Positions 1-9,330 of a stretch of 64,000 nucleotides of DNA are shown piece by piece (the first letter of the stretch is position 1; each line of letters starts with the position of its first letter). Source of the stretch: Acidimicrobiia bacterium (GTDB lineage: Bacteria; Actinomycetota; Acidimicrobiia; Acidimicrobiales; SZUA-35); contig JAOTVU010000001.1 in NCBI GenBank assembly GCA_029863385.1, forward strand, positions 2,476 through 66,475, in the 5' to 3' direction. The notes under the pieces are model-generated. The model was not told the origin of the DNA. It was given only the letters and a program-made list of their open reading frames with translations, and did not search any database. The translations under genes were made by a program, and so were the position numbers.

Positions 1-62
1 GGGCCTTTTCACGGGGCGATCGGTACAGATCTTCACGATCGCCGAGGTCAAGGATCTCTAGC

Positions 63-1319
63 GTGGGCGACGGCGACGGCTCCCTTCCCAATCCGCTGCT
101 GGGTGAGTTCTGGATCCGACCGGCGGAGGCCATCAACGCCGACATCGACACGCTGCGGGCGGCCGGCGGCGTCACGTTCCACCCGGAACCCGAGATCCCC
201 GAGGGCTACCTCCTGCCGCAGGGTCCGGGGGCCTGGGCGCTGTCCAACTTCGCCGACATCCTCCACGTGTCGAAGAACCCGAAGATCTTCAGCTCGGCGC
301 GGGGCATCGTGTTGCAGGACCTGCCACCCGAGTTCGTCGAGTTCTTCAACTCGATGATCGGGATGGACGATCCCCGTCACGCCCGGCTCCGGCGCCTGGT
401 GTCACCGGGTTTCACGCCCCGGATGCTGGCCAAGCTCGACGACAGCGTTCAGGAGGTGGCGTCGGCAATCGTCGATCGAATCATCGACGCCGACGAGATC
501 GATTTCGTCACCGAGGTGGCGTCGGCCCTGCCGCTCAAGATCGTGTGCGATCTGATGGGGATCCCGGATTCGAGCTTCGACTTCGTGCTGGAGCAGACCA
601 ACATCATCCTCGGTGCCGGCGACCCCGAGTACGTGGCCGAGACCGACGACATCATCACCTCCATCCTGCTCGCCGGGCAGAACCTGGCCGATCTCATGAA
701 CGAGGTGGCCGACGCCAAGCGGGGCGGGGACGGAACCGATCTGACCAGCGTGCTGTTGAACGCCGAACTCGAGGATGATCAACTGTCACCGGCCGATCTG
801 GCCAGCTTCTTCATCCTGCTCGTCGTGGCCGGCAACGAGACAACCCGCAATGCCATCAGCTGGGCGTTGACGTTCCTCACCGACAATCCCGACCAGCGTC
901 AGCTGTGGCAGAGCGATTTCGAGAATCTGGCTCCACAGGCCGTGGAGGAGATCGTGAGGCTGGCCAGCCCGGTCACCTACATGCGCCGTACCGTCACCCG
1001 TGACACGGTGATCGGTGACACCGAGATCGCCGAGGATCAGAAGGTCGCCATGTTCTATCTCCTCGCCAATCGGGATCCGAACGTGTTCGACAATCCCCAC
1101 GGTTTCGACATCATGCGGGAGCAGAAGCCCCACGTCGGCTTCGGAGGACCCGGCCCCCACTACTGCCTCGGCGCCCACCTGGCTCGACGGGAGATCACCG
1201 TCATGTTCCGGGAGTTGTTCAACCGGGTGCCCGATATCCGGGCCTCGGGACCACCGGATCTTCTCTTCTCGAGCTTCATCCACGGCGTGAAGCACCTGCC
1301 GGCCGCCGTCCACGGCTGA
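63..1319 (+). CDS. cytochrome P450 monooxygenase
   Basis: 418-aa ORF with GTG start. I-helix VVAGNETT and heme-thiolate loop FGGPGPHYCLGAHLARRE (FxxGxHxCxG). Confidence 0.9.
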   Translation: MGDGDGSLPNPLLGEFWIRPAEAINADIDTLRAAGGVTFHPEPEIPEGYLLPQGPGAWALSNFADILHVSKNPKIFSSARGIVLQDLPPEFVEFFNSMIGMDDPRHARLRRLVSPGFTPRMLAKLDDSVQEVASAIVDRIIDADEIDFVTEVASALPLKIVCDLMGIPDSSFDFVLEQTNIILGAGDPEYVAETDDIITSILLAGQNLADLMNEVADAKRGGDGTDLTSVLLNAELEDDQLSPADLASFFILLVVAGNETTRNAISWALTFLTDNPDQRQLWQSDFENLAPQAVEEIVRLASPVTYMRRTVTRDTVIGDTEIAEDQKVAMFYLLANRDPNVFDNPHGFDIMREQKPHVGFGGPGPHYCLGAHLARREITVMFRELFNRVPDIRASGPPDLLFSSFIHGVKHLPAAVHG

Positions 1320-1380
1320 TCGCCGCGACCGCGGCCCCGCACCTCCTCCCACCTCCATCAGAACTTTGGGACTCCCACGT

Positions 1381-1454
1381 CCCCCTCCGCCCGAACTTTG
1401 TGCGCTCAGCGACCCCCTGACGGGTCGCCGACGGCACAAAGTTCGGCGAGGGGG
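1381..1454. terminator. long composite hairpin between convergent P450 and bcp genes (candidate bidirectional terminator)
   Basis: Outer arms CCCCCTCCGCCCGAACTTTGTGC (1381-1403) and GCACAAAGTTCGGCGAGGGGG (1434-1454) are near-perfect reverse complements. Inner hairpin GCGACCC (1410-1416) / GGGTCGC (1422-1428). No U-tract. Confidence 0.4.
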
Positions 1455-1503
1455 TCGGGTGCCGGGTCTCGACTCCGCCGAATTCGTCCCGTTGAACCGC
1501 GCG

Positions 1504-1959
1504 TCAGTTCGAGACGAGCTGCCGAACGGCAGCGAGGGCCTCGTCGGCGTGCTTGTTCATGTTGGCCTCGCTCTTGATGACGGCCTTGACCTTGCAATCG
1601 GTGCCGATCACGAACGTCACCCGTTTGACCGGCAGCGGGCCGAACCGGGCGACGCCGAACTGTTTCGCCACCGTCTTGTCGGTGTCGGCCAACAACGGGA
1701 AACCGAGGTCGTTGGCCTCGTCGAACTGCTTCTGCCGATCGGACCGATCGGGCGACACCCCCACGATGCTGGCACCGAGTTCGGCGAACTCGGCCTGCAG
1801 ATCACGGAAGTGCTTGCTCTCCAGCGTTCAACCCGAGGTCATGGCCTTGATGTAGAAGTACACCACCACCGGTCCGGACTCGACGAGCGAGTCGAAGCTG
1901 ACCGGATCGCCGTGCTGATCATTGAGTGTGAAGCTTTCGACGGTGTCTCCAACGTTCAT
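1504..1959 (-). CDS. bcp: Bcp/PrxQ-type peroxiredoxin with in-frame TGA (1828-1830) at the peroxidatic Cys position; candidate selenoprotein, alternatively a nonsense pseudogene
   Basis: Manual translation from ATG 1959 gives MNVGDTVESFTLNDQHGDPVSFDSLVESGPVVVYFYIKAMTSG-TGA-TLESKHFRDLQAEFAELGASIVGVSPD..., in frame with track ORF 1504..1764. The TGA replaces the C of the T-x-x-C active-site motif. The track shows only the C-terminal 86 aa. Confidence 0.7.
1768..1824 (-). promoter_or_regulatory. candidate SECIS-like stem-loop region downstream of the in-frame UGA
   Basis: Two overlapping imperfect hairpins on the mRNA. One spans +4..+33 after the UGA (apical loop CACUUC). The other spans +30..+60 with a perfect 8-bp core CCGAGUUC/GAACUCGG (1775-1793, loop GCC). 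Neither has the classical fdhF G/U loop or spacing. Confidence 0.25.
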
Positions 1960-2069
1960 GGCGCAAACATAGTCGCTCCGCTTCCCCACACCGGGACTCC
2001 GCCCTTCGACGCCCGGAGCCTCGGCGCCACGCGCTCAAGGTCGGCCAAGCGTAATCCGAAGGCCCATAC

Positions 2070-2558
2070 ATGGGAATTGGAAGAGCAGCAGCCGGAGTCG
2101 TCGCCGGATTGGGTCTGGTCGGTATGGGATATGCCGGAATAGCCGGGCAGGACGACACCACCAGAAGCGAGAGCGGAGCCATCACCGAGGAGGGCGAGCT
2201 GGGAGCGTTCCGCATCCGGCTCGGCGACTGCATCGAGGGCGGCTTCAACGGCGAGGTCGAATCCGTCCAGGGCGTTCCCTGCGAAGGCCCGCACCTGCTC
2301 GAGACCTATCACGCCTTCAACCTGCCCGACGGGCCGTACCCCGGTGACGCCACGGTCAGCGAACTGGCCGACGACGGCTGTTATGCGGCCTTTGAGCCCT
2401 GGGTGGGCCTGTCGTACGAGGAGTCGATCTACGGCATCTCCTCGCTGACCCCGACCGAAGGCAGCTGGAATGCGGTCGATGACCGCGAGGTGCTGTGTCT
2501 CGTCGGGAACTACGACGACACTCCCAAGGTCGGCAGCGCCTACCAGAGTCGCCAGTAG
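2070..2558 (+). CDS. membrane-anchored septum-formation-family (Septum_form-like) protein
   Basis: 162 aa. N-terminal hydrophobic anchor AAGVVAGLGLVGMGYAGIAG, then a Cys-containing pattern GDC...VPCEGPH..E...C...C recalled from the Septum_form domain. Confidence 0.5.
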   Translation: MGIGRAAAGVVAGLGLVGMGYAGIAGQDDTTRSESGAITEEGELGAFRIRLGDCIEGGFNGEVESVQGVPCEGPHLLETYHAFNLPDGPYPGDATVSELADDGCYAAFEPWVGLSYEESIYGISSLTPTEGSWNAVDDREVLCLVGNYDDTPKVGSAYQSRQ

Positions 2559-2571
2559 CAGGCCGGCCGCT

Positions 2572-2591
2572 GGGCGGGGTCGGCACCGCCC
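2572..2591. terminator. short GC hairpin between convergent genes
   Basis: GGGCGG (2572-2577) / CCGCCC (2586-2591), 8-nt loop, located between the stop at 2558 (+) and the valS stop at 2612 (-). No U-tract. Confidence 0.3.
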
Positions 2592-2611
2592 TCCGCAGCC
2601 GTTGCTCGCCC

Positions 2612-5600
2612 TCAGCCGAGTGCGACCATCGCCGCTTCCGCTGCAGCCAGGTCGCTCCGCGCCACCTCCAGCAGCCGGCGGGTTTCGGCCACCAGCTCGG
2701 GCTTGGCGTTGTTGACGTAGCCCGGGTTGGCCAGCCGTTTCTCGAAGCCCGCGATCTGATCGGTCTTGCCGTCGATCACTTTCTGCAGACGGGTGCGCTC
2801 GGCGTCGACGTCGAGCTCGTCGACCAGACCGGAGACCAGAACCTCCGAGCCCTCGAACGCCAGCGGGCTGGCGCCCGGCGGGCGTTCAGTACTCTCCGAG
2901 GCCACCACCTCGCCGACCCCGGCGAGCGTTTCGACCATGCCCTGGCTCTGCTCGATCAACCGGCGAACGGCCTCGGGTGCGTGCAGGATGACCGACTGTT
3001 TTGGCTTGACGCCGCGCGACGACCGGATGGTGCGGATCGCGCCGATCAGCTGATCGGCCCGGTCGAACGTGTCGACGATGGAGAGGTCGACGACGTCCGG
3101 GGCGACCGACGGCCAGGCCGCGGTGGCGCACAGCTCCGACGGCGGCAATGCAATTCCTCGCAGCTCGCCGCCCCGGACCGCGCTGACGTGGGGCCAAAGC
3201 GCTTCGGTGACGAACGGCGAAACGGGATGCAGGAGGCGTAGAACCGAATCGAGCACGGCCCCGAGGATCGCCTGCTGGTTCGGGTTGTCGTCGATCGTCG
3301 GCTTGACCGCCTCGAGATAACGGTCGCAGACGTCACGCCAGATGAAGTCGTAGAGTGTGTCGGCGTAGAGGTTGAACTGGTAGCGGGCGAGGGCGTGATC
3401 GATGACGTCGATCGTCTGGGCCAGGCGGGCCAGGATCCACTGATCGGCGAATGTCGCACCACCGCCGGAGGCGGTACCGTCATCGGCCCCGTCGGCTGTG
3501 ATGTCGATCTCTCCGACATCGCTACCCGGTTGGATCCGCCCGAGCGCGAATCGAGTGGCGTTCCAAACCTTGTTGGCGAAGTTGCGGCCGAGGTCGAACT
3601 TCGATGAGGTGTTGCGGGCCAGGGGCATCTCCGCTGTCGGCTGGACCTCACCGGAGGCCTCTCCGTATCCGGAAACCATCTTCTTCGACGGATCCGATGG
3701 CGTGGACTGGATCGGGGCGGCGACCACGTGCCCGGCCTTGGTGGTGATGAACTCCGGCACGAAGGTCTCACCGGTCTGCGGGCTGACGATCTCGACCGGC
3801 ATGCGCACGTCCTGGGTCTCGGTCGTCATCTGGACGAGCGTGTACCGCAGAGCGTCGGCCCCGTGGCTGTGAATGATATCGCGGGGATCGAGCCCGTTGC
3901 CCAGACTCTTCGACATCTTCTGGCCGTGACCGTCCTGGATCATGGCATGGATGAACACGTCGTGGAACGGCAGCCGCCCGTCGAGGAAGTACCGGTTGAA
4001 CATCGTCATCCGGCTGACCCAGAGCGTGATGATCTCACGGGCGGTCATGAGGACCGAGGTGGGGTTGTAGGATTCGAGCAGGCCGATGGTGTCCGGGTGG
4101 TCCTCGGGGTAGGGCCAGCCCATCGTCGACAGCGGCCAGAGCCCTGATGAGAACCAAGTGTCGAGAACGTCGGGGTCGCGTTCGAAACCGTCCGCCTCCA
4201 GCGCCCCGACGAGCTCGGATTCGGTCAGGGGCTCGGTGACGCCGGCGTCGGCTCCACGGTCGACAAGCCGCCTGAGCGTCGCCTCGGGCGGGACGCAGAC
4301 CGCCTCCTCGACCTCGAACTCGGTGGTCCTGCGGGCGTGGTGAATCGCCCCGGTCCCGGTCCATCGGCTGGTGACGACAACAGGCTCGTCGACCCCGACT
4401 GCGCTGATGGCCGCCGCGGTTTCGGGCGCCAGATCCTCGATCGGGACGGTGCGGAGCCAGACCGGGATCTGATGCCCCCACCACAACTGTCGGGAGATGC
4501 ACCAGTCGCGGATCGTGTCGTGCCAGGCGTGGTAGGTGCGGGCGTACCGCTCGGGGTGGAACGTCATCCCACCGTCGCCCTGCCGGTCGGAGCGGGGTGG
4601 GACGTCGTCGGGCAGCGGCGGGCTCTGCTCGGGGTCGAGCGCCCGCAGCGCGGAGCCGCGCAGTCGATCGTCGGTGACGGCGACGAACCACTGGTCGGAC
4701 AGCCACGGTTCGATCGGGACATGGCTGCGGTAGGAGTGGCCGACGGAATGGTTGTAGGGGCGGACGGCCTCGAGCAGCTCGTTGGCCTCGAACCACTCGA
4801 CAATGGCGGCTCGAGCCTCATCCCGGCTCAAGCCGACCAACGGGCGGGCCTCCTCCGAGATGTCCTCCCAGCCGTGGTCGGCGCTGATCGAGCCGTCGGG
4901 GCCCATGACGTTGATGACCGGGAGATCGTGGCGCTGACCGATGTCCCAGTCGTTGGGATCATGAGCCGGCGTGACCTTGAGAAAACCGCTGGCGTACTGG
5001 GCTTTGGTGTCGCTCGACTCGGGGTCGGCCATGACAACGTAGTCGTCTTCGACGATCGGGATCAGCCGGTCGACGATCGGAAGCCGGATCTGTGCACCGG
5101 CCAGCTCGGCCGCTCGGGGGTCGGTCGGGTTGACGGCGACCGCCGTGTCGCCGAGCATCGTCTCGGGCCGGGTGGTGGCGACGACGACGTGACCGGACCC
5201 GTCGGCCAGCGGATACCGCAGGTACCACATGTGGCCGTCGACGTCCTCCATCTCGACCTCGTCGTCGGACAGGGCGGTTCGGGTCGCCGGATCCCAGTTG
5301 ACCAGACGTTTCCCGCGATAGATGAGCCCGTCGGCGAACAACTGGTAGAAGGCGTGGCGAACGGCGATGGCACACATCTCGTCCATCGTGAACCGGGTCC
5401 GGTCCCAGTCGCACGACGCACCCATCGCCATGAGCTGATCGATGATGACGGCCTCGTATTCGTCCTTCCACTCCTGGGTCTTGGCCACGAACGCCTCCCG
5501 GCCCATCTCCAGGCGCTTGACCCCCTCGGCCAGAAGCCGTTTCTCGACGACGGTCTGGGTGGCGATGCCGGCGTGGTCGGTTCCCGGCATCCACAGCGTG

Positions 5601-5848
5601 GCGTCGCCGCGCATCCGGTGGTAGCGGATGAGGACGTCCTGCAGCGTGTTGTTGAGCGCATGGCCGAGGTGTAGCGGCGCGGTGACGTTGGGCGGCGGGA
5701 TCACGATCGAGTACCGGGGCTCGCCTACGGGCACCGTCGACGGCGCGACCGACATGTCGGCGGTCCGCCACCGCTTCGAGATTTCTTCCTCCACCGAGCC
5801 CGGGTTGTAGGCCTTGGGGAGATCGGCCAACGATTCTGCGTCACTCAT
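2612..5848 (-). CDS. valS: valine--tRNA ligase (long form, 1078 aa)
   Basis: Class I motifs PLHLGHALN (HIGH) and KMSKSLGN (KMSKS). WCISRQLWWGH and DVLDTWFSS blocks. C-terminal coiled coil. Confidence 0.95.
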   Translation of the reverse strand: MSDAESLADLPKAYNPGSVEEEISKRWRTADMSVAPSTVPVGEPRYSIVIPPPNVTAPLHLGHALNNTLQDVLIRYHRMRGDATLWMPGTDHAGIATQTVVEKRLLAEGVKRLEMGREAFVAKTQEWKDEYEAVIIDQLMAMGASCDWDRTRFTMDEMCAIAVRHAFYQLFADGLIYRGKRLVNWDPATRTALSDDEVEMEDVDGHMWYLRYPLADGSGHVVVATTRPETMLGDTAVAVNPTDPRAAELAGAQIRLPIVDRLIPIVEDDYVVMADPESSDTKAQYASGFLKVTPAHDPNDWDIGQRHDLPVINVMGPDGSISADHGWEDISEEARPLVGLSRDEARAAIVEWFEANELLEAVRPYNHSVGHSYRSHVPIEPWLSDQWFVAVTDDRLRGSALRALDPEQSPPLPDDVPPRSDRQGDGGMTFHPERYARTYHAWHDTIRDWCISRQLWWGHQIPVWLRTVPIEDLAPETAAAISAVGVDEPVVVTSRWTGTGAIHHARRTTEFEVEEAVCVPPEATLRRLVDRGADAGVTEPLTESELVGALEADGFERDPDVLDTWFSSGLWPLSTMGWPYPEDHPDTIGLLESYNPTSVLMTAREIITLWVSRMTMFNRYFLDGRLPFHDVFIHAMIQDGHGQKMSKSLGNGLDPRDIIHSHGADALRYTLVQMTTETQDVRMPVEIVSPQTGETFVPEFITTKAGHVVAAPIQSTPSDPSKKMVSGYGEASGEVQPTAEMPLARNTSSKFDLGRNFANKVWNATRFALGRIQPGSDVGEIDITADGADDGTASGGGATFADQWILARLAQTIDVIDHALARYQFNLYADTLYDFIWRDVCDRYLEAVKPTIDDNPNQQAILGAVLDSVLRLLHPVSPFVTEALWPHVSAVRGGELRGIALPPSELCATAAWPSVAPDVVDLSIVDTFDRADQLIGAIRTIRSSRGVKPKQSVILHAPEAVRRLIEQSQGMVETLAGVGEVVASESTERPPGASPLAFEGSEVLVSGLVDELDVDAERTRLQKVIDGKTDQIAGFEKRLANPGYVNNAKPELVAETRRLLEVARSDLAAAEAAMVALG

Positions 5849-6040
5849 TGTGATACGAGGCTAGCGTGCCGCGCTCAGCCTGATTCGAGGATTTCCTGCT
5901 TCCCGAGCGGTTCCCACTAGCGCCGACGGACCAACCCGAATTACTCTGGGGGCAAGCGCAGGCAGCCGAGCGGTCGGACACGCTGGGACGGCCGGGGCAC
6001 CGAGGCCCGGTGACTGTTCGGCCAAGATGTGGGGGCTGAG

Positions 6041-7414
6041 ATGTCGCTTGAAAAGGTAACGGCGGACTTTGTGGGGCCGGATGCTCCTGTTCGCTTCGAG
6101 GACTGGACCGGAAAGACCTGGGGACCGACCGAGGCTCCGGTCGTCGTCAGATTCAACAGCATCGATGCGGTGAAGCACCTGGTGCGCCATCCGGGCGAGC
6201 TGGGCTTCGCCCGGGCCTATGTGTCCGGTGCCATGGACATCGACGGCGACATCTGGGCGCTTCTCGATCTGAAGCGGGATCTGAGCGGGATCAGTCTCAC
6301 CCCGGCCCATGTGCGTGAGTTGGTCAACGTGGTCGGTTTCGACGGCCTGCGTCACGCCCCGCCGGTCCCACCCGAGGAGGTCGTCTTCGGCAGCCGCTTT
6401 CGGGCCCACAGCCGCCGCCGGGACCGCAAGGCGATCTCCCATCACTACGACGTGTCCAACGAGTTCTACCGGATGGTGCTCGGACCGGCTTGGACCTACT
6501 CGTGTGCGGTGTTCGAAAAACCGACCGACACCCTGGAACAGGCGCAGGCCAACAAACACGAACTGATCTGCCGGAAACTCGACCTGCAACCCGGTCAACG
6601 TCTCCTGGATGTCGGGTGCGGGTGGGGTTCGATGGCGCTCCACGCCGCCCGCCACTACGGGGTGCAGGTCGTCGGCATCACGATCTCGGAGAATCAGGCG
6701 TGGCTGGCCCGCGAGCGGGTGGCGGAGGCCGGGTTGAGCAACCGGATCGAGATCCGTCTTCAGGACTACCGCGATCTCAGCGACGGGCCCTACGACGCCA
6801 TCAGCTCGGTCGGCATGTTCGAACACGTCGGGCTGGCCAACCTGAAGCGCTACTTCGTGACGCTTCGGGATCAACTGGCTCCCCAGGGCCGTCTGCTGAA
6901 TCATCAGATCGGTAACAAGCCGTCGGCACCGCGACGGTTCCGCCGCCGTCCCGACACCACACTCGGGCGTAACAGCTTCATCCACCGCTACGTGTTCCCC
7001 GACGGCGAGCTGCACGAGGTGGGCACCGTGATCGCGGCCATGCAGGAGACCGGGTTCGAGGCCCGTCACATGGAGAGCATCCGGGAGCATTACGCGCTGA
7101 CACTGCGGCACTGGGTCACCAACCTCGAGAACAACTGGGACGCGGCGGTGGCCGAGGCCGGGGAGGGCAAGGCCAGGGTGTGGAGGCTCTACATGGCGGC
7201 CACCGCCGTCAACTTCGCCAACGGCCACACCCAGGTTCACCAGATTCTCGGGGTCAAAACCCCGATGCAGGGTCCCGAGTCGGGCCGCAGCGGCATGCCA
7301 TTCCGTTCCCGCTGGGAATACGACCTGACGAAAGCAGGAGCCGGCGACGAATCGGGATCAGAGCCGATCGTGATCGATCTGCGGGACACGTCTCGCCAAA
7401 CCATCGATTCCTGA
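6041..7414 (+). CDS. cfa: cyclopropane-fatty-acyl-phospholipid synthase family SAM-dependent methyltransferase
   Basis: SAM motif I LLDVGCGWGSMALHAA. HYDVSNEFY block typical of CFA/mycolic-acid synthases. ATG 6041 is preceded by GGGGGCTGAG (the track starts at GTG 6029). Confidence 0.85.
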   Translation: MSLEKVTADFVGPDAPVRFEDWTGKTWGPTEAPVVVRFNSIDAVKHLVRHPGELGFARAYVSGAMDIDGDIWALLDLKRDLSGISLTPAHVRELVNVVGFDGLRHAPPVPPEEVVFGSRFRAHSRRRDRKAISHHYDVSNEFYRMVLGPAWTYSCAVFEKPTDTLEQAQANKHELICRKLDLQPGQRLLDVGCGWGSMALHAARHYGVQVVGITISENQAWLARERVAEAGLSNRIEIRLQDYRDLSDGPYDAISSVGMFEHVGLANLKRYFVTLRDQLAPQGRLLNHQIGNKPSAPRRFRRRPDTTLGRNSFIHRYVFPDGELHEVGTVIAAMQETGFEARHMESIREHYALTLRHWVTNLENNWDAAVAEAGEGKARVWRLYMAATAVNFANGHTQVHQILGVKTPMQGPESGRSGMPFRSRWEYDLTKAGAGDESGSEPIVIDLRDTSRQTIDS

Positions 7415-7521
7415 CCCAGCCCACCCTGGGCGGGGTGATGCTCCCCGCATTCTTGTTGCGCCCAACCGTGTGGTAAAACGGTCGTCGAACCACCGGGGAC
7501 AGCGTCCACAAGGGGGAATCC

Positions 7522-9330
7522 GTGTCCACTCCGACCGAAACCGTTACCGATTGGCTGGCTCAGTTCGACGCCGCCGTCTCAGCCGCCAACTATCCGGACG
7601 CCGCCGAACTCTTCGCCGACGACTGTTACTGGCGCGATCTCGTCACCTTCACCTGGAACATCAAGACGATGGAGGGCCGGGACGAGATCCGGGCCATGCT
7701 CGAGGCCCGGGCTGACGACACGGCCGCCAGCAACTGGCAGGTCCGCGGCGAAGCGACCGAGGCCGATGGCGTCACCGAGGCGTGGATCACGTTCGAGACC
7801 GCCGTGGCCCGCGGCGAGGGACAGATCCGCCTTCAGGGCGACAAGTGCTGGACGCTGTTGACGGCCATGACCGAACTGAAGGGATACGAGGAACCGCGGG
7901 GCCTAAACCGTCCCATGGGTGTTCAGCACGGCGCCGACCCCGATCGTCTGACCTGGCTGGAGCAGCGTCAGAAGGAGGCTGCCGAACTCGGCTACGAGAC
8001 CCAGCCCTATACCTTGATCATCGGCGGTGGCCAGGGCGGCATCGCCCTCGGTGCCCGACTTCGTCAACTCGGTGTGCCCACCATCATCATCGAGAAGAAT
8101 CAGCGTCCGGGCGACTCGTGGCGCAAGCGCTACAAGTCGCTGTGCCTCCACGATCCGGTTTGGTACGACCACCTCCCCTACATCAAGTTCCCCGAGAACT
8201 GGCCCGTGTTCGCCCCCAAGGACAAGATCGGCGACTGGCTCGAGTACTACACGAAGGTGATGGAACTCAACTACTGGGGTTCCACCGAGGCGCTGAACGC
8301 CTCCTACGACGAGGACGCCGGGGAATGGACGGTCAACGTTCGCCGCCGCCGCGACGACGGCTCGACCGAGGAAGTCACCCTCAAACCCAAACAGCTGGTG
8401 CTGGCCACCGGCATGTCGGGCAAACCCAACATCCCCGAGATCCCCGGCGCAGAGACGTTCCGAGGCGACATCCACCACTCCTCGGCCCACCGGGCCAGCG
8501 ACGAATACAAGTACAAGAACTGCGTCGTGTTGGGATCCAACAACTCGGCTCACGACATCTGCGCCGCGCTGTGGGAATCCGGCGCGGCGTCGGTCACGAT
8601 GATCCAGCGGTCGTCGACCCACATCGCCCGGTCGGAACCGCTGATGCGCCTCGCCCTCGGCGACCTCTACTCAGAGCAGGCGGTGGCCAACGGCATCGAC
8701 ACCCACACCGCCGACATGATCTTCGCCTCCATCCCCTACCGCATCATGCACACCTTCCAGATCCCGATCTACGAGAAGATGGCCGAGGAGGACGCCAAGT
8801 TCTACAAGGCGCTCGAGAAGGCCGGATTCATGCTCGACTTCGGTGACGACGGCTCCGGGCTGTTCATGAAGTACCTGCGCCGGGGCTCCGGCTACTACAT
8901 CGACGTCGGCGCTTCGCAGCTCATCATCGACGGCAAGATCAACCTGAGGTCCGGGGTCAGCATCGCCGAGATCAAGCCCGACAGCGTGGTCCTGACCGAC
9001 GGGGAGGAGCTGCCGGCCGACCTGATCGTGCTGGCCACCGGGTTCGGCTCGATGAACGGTTGGGCCGCCGATCTGATCTCCCAGGAGGTGGCCGACAAGG
9101 TGGGCAAGGTGTGGGGCCTCGGCTCCGACACCACGAAGGACCCGGGCCCGTGGGAGGGCGAGCAGCGCAACATGTGGAAGCCGACCCAGCAGGAGGCGCT
9201 GTGGTTCCACGGCGGCAATCTGCATCAGTCGCGCCACTACTCGCTGTACCTGGCGCTCCAGCTCAAGGCCCGCCAGGTCGGCCTCGACACCCCCGTCTAC
9301 GGCCTCCAGGAGGTTCACCACACGAGTTAG
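7522..9330 (+). CDS. class B flavin-containing monooxygenase with N-terminal NTF2/SnoaL-like domain
   Basis: FAD motif IIGGGQGGIALG and second dinucleotide motif VVLGSNNSAHDI. About 150-aa N-terminal extension. GTG start after AAGGGGG. Confidence 0.85.
   Translation: MSTPTETVTDWLAQFDAAVSAANYPDAAELFADDCYWRDLVTFTWNIKTMEGRDEIRAMLEARADDTAASNWQVRGEATEADGVTEAWITFETAVARGEGQIRLQGDKCWTLLTAMTELKGYEEPRGLNRPMGVQHGADPDRLTWLEQRQKEAAELGYETQPYTLIIGGGQGGIALGARLRQLGVPTIIIEKNQRPGDSWRKRYKSLCLHDPVWYDHLPYIKFPENWPVFAPKDKIGDWLEYYTKVMELNYWGSTEALNASYDEDAGEWTVNVRRRRDDGSTEEVTLKPKQLVLATGMSGKPNIPEIPGAETFRGDIHHSSAHRASDEYKYKNCVVLGSNNSAHDICAALWESGAASVTMIQRSSTHIARSEPLMRLALGDLYSEQAVANGIDTHTADMIFASIPYRIMHTFQIPIYEKMAEEDAKFYKALEKAGFMLDFGDDGSGLFMKYLRRGSGYYIDVGASQLIIDGKINLRSGVSIAEIKPDSVVLTDGEELPADLIVLATGFGSMNGWAADLISQEVADKVGKVWGLGSDTTKDPGPWEGEQRNMWKPTQQEALWFHGGNLHQSRHYSLYLALQLKARQVGLDTPVYGLQEVHHTS

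Noticed and set aside
1350-1375. CAGAACTTTGGGA resembling the IS right-end motif CTGAACTTTGGAA, considered as a solo IS end
   Set aside because: The similarity is limited to about 10 nt with no match in the adjacent terminal CAGGGTGCTG. It is most likely coincidence or part of the local palindrome.
5861-7240. 459-aa minus-strand ORF overlapping cfa
   Set aside because: It is antisense to a gene with clear methyltransferase motifs. Its composition is R/P/G/H-rich with no recognisable motif. This is a typical shadow ORF in high-GC DNA.
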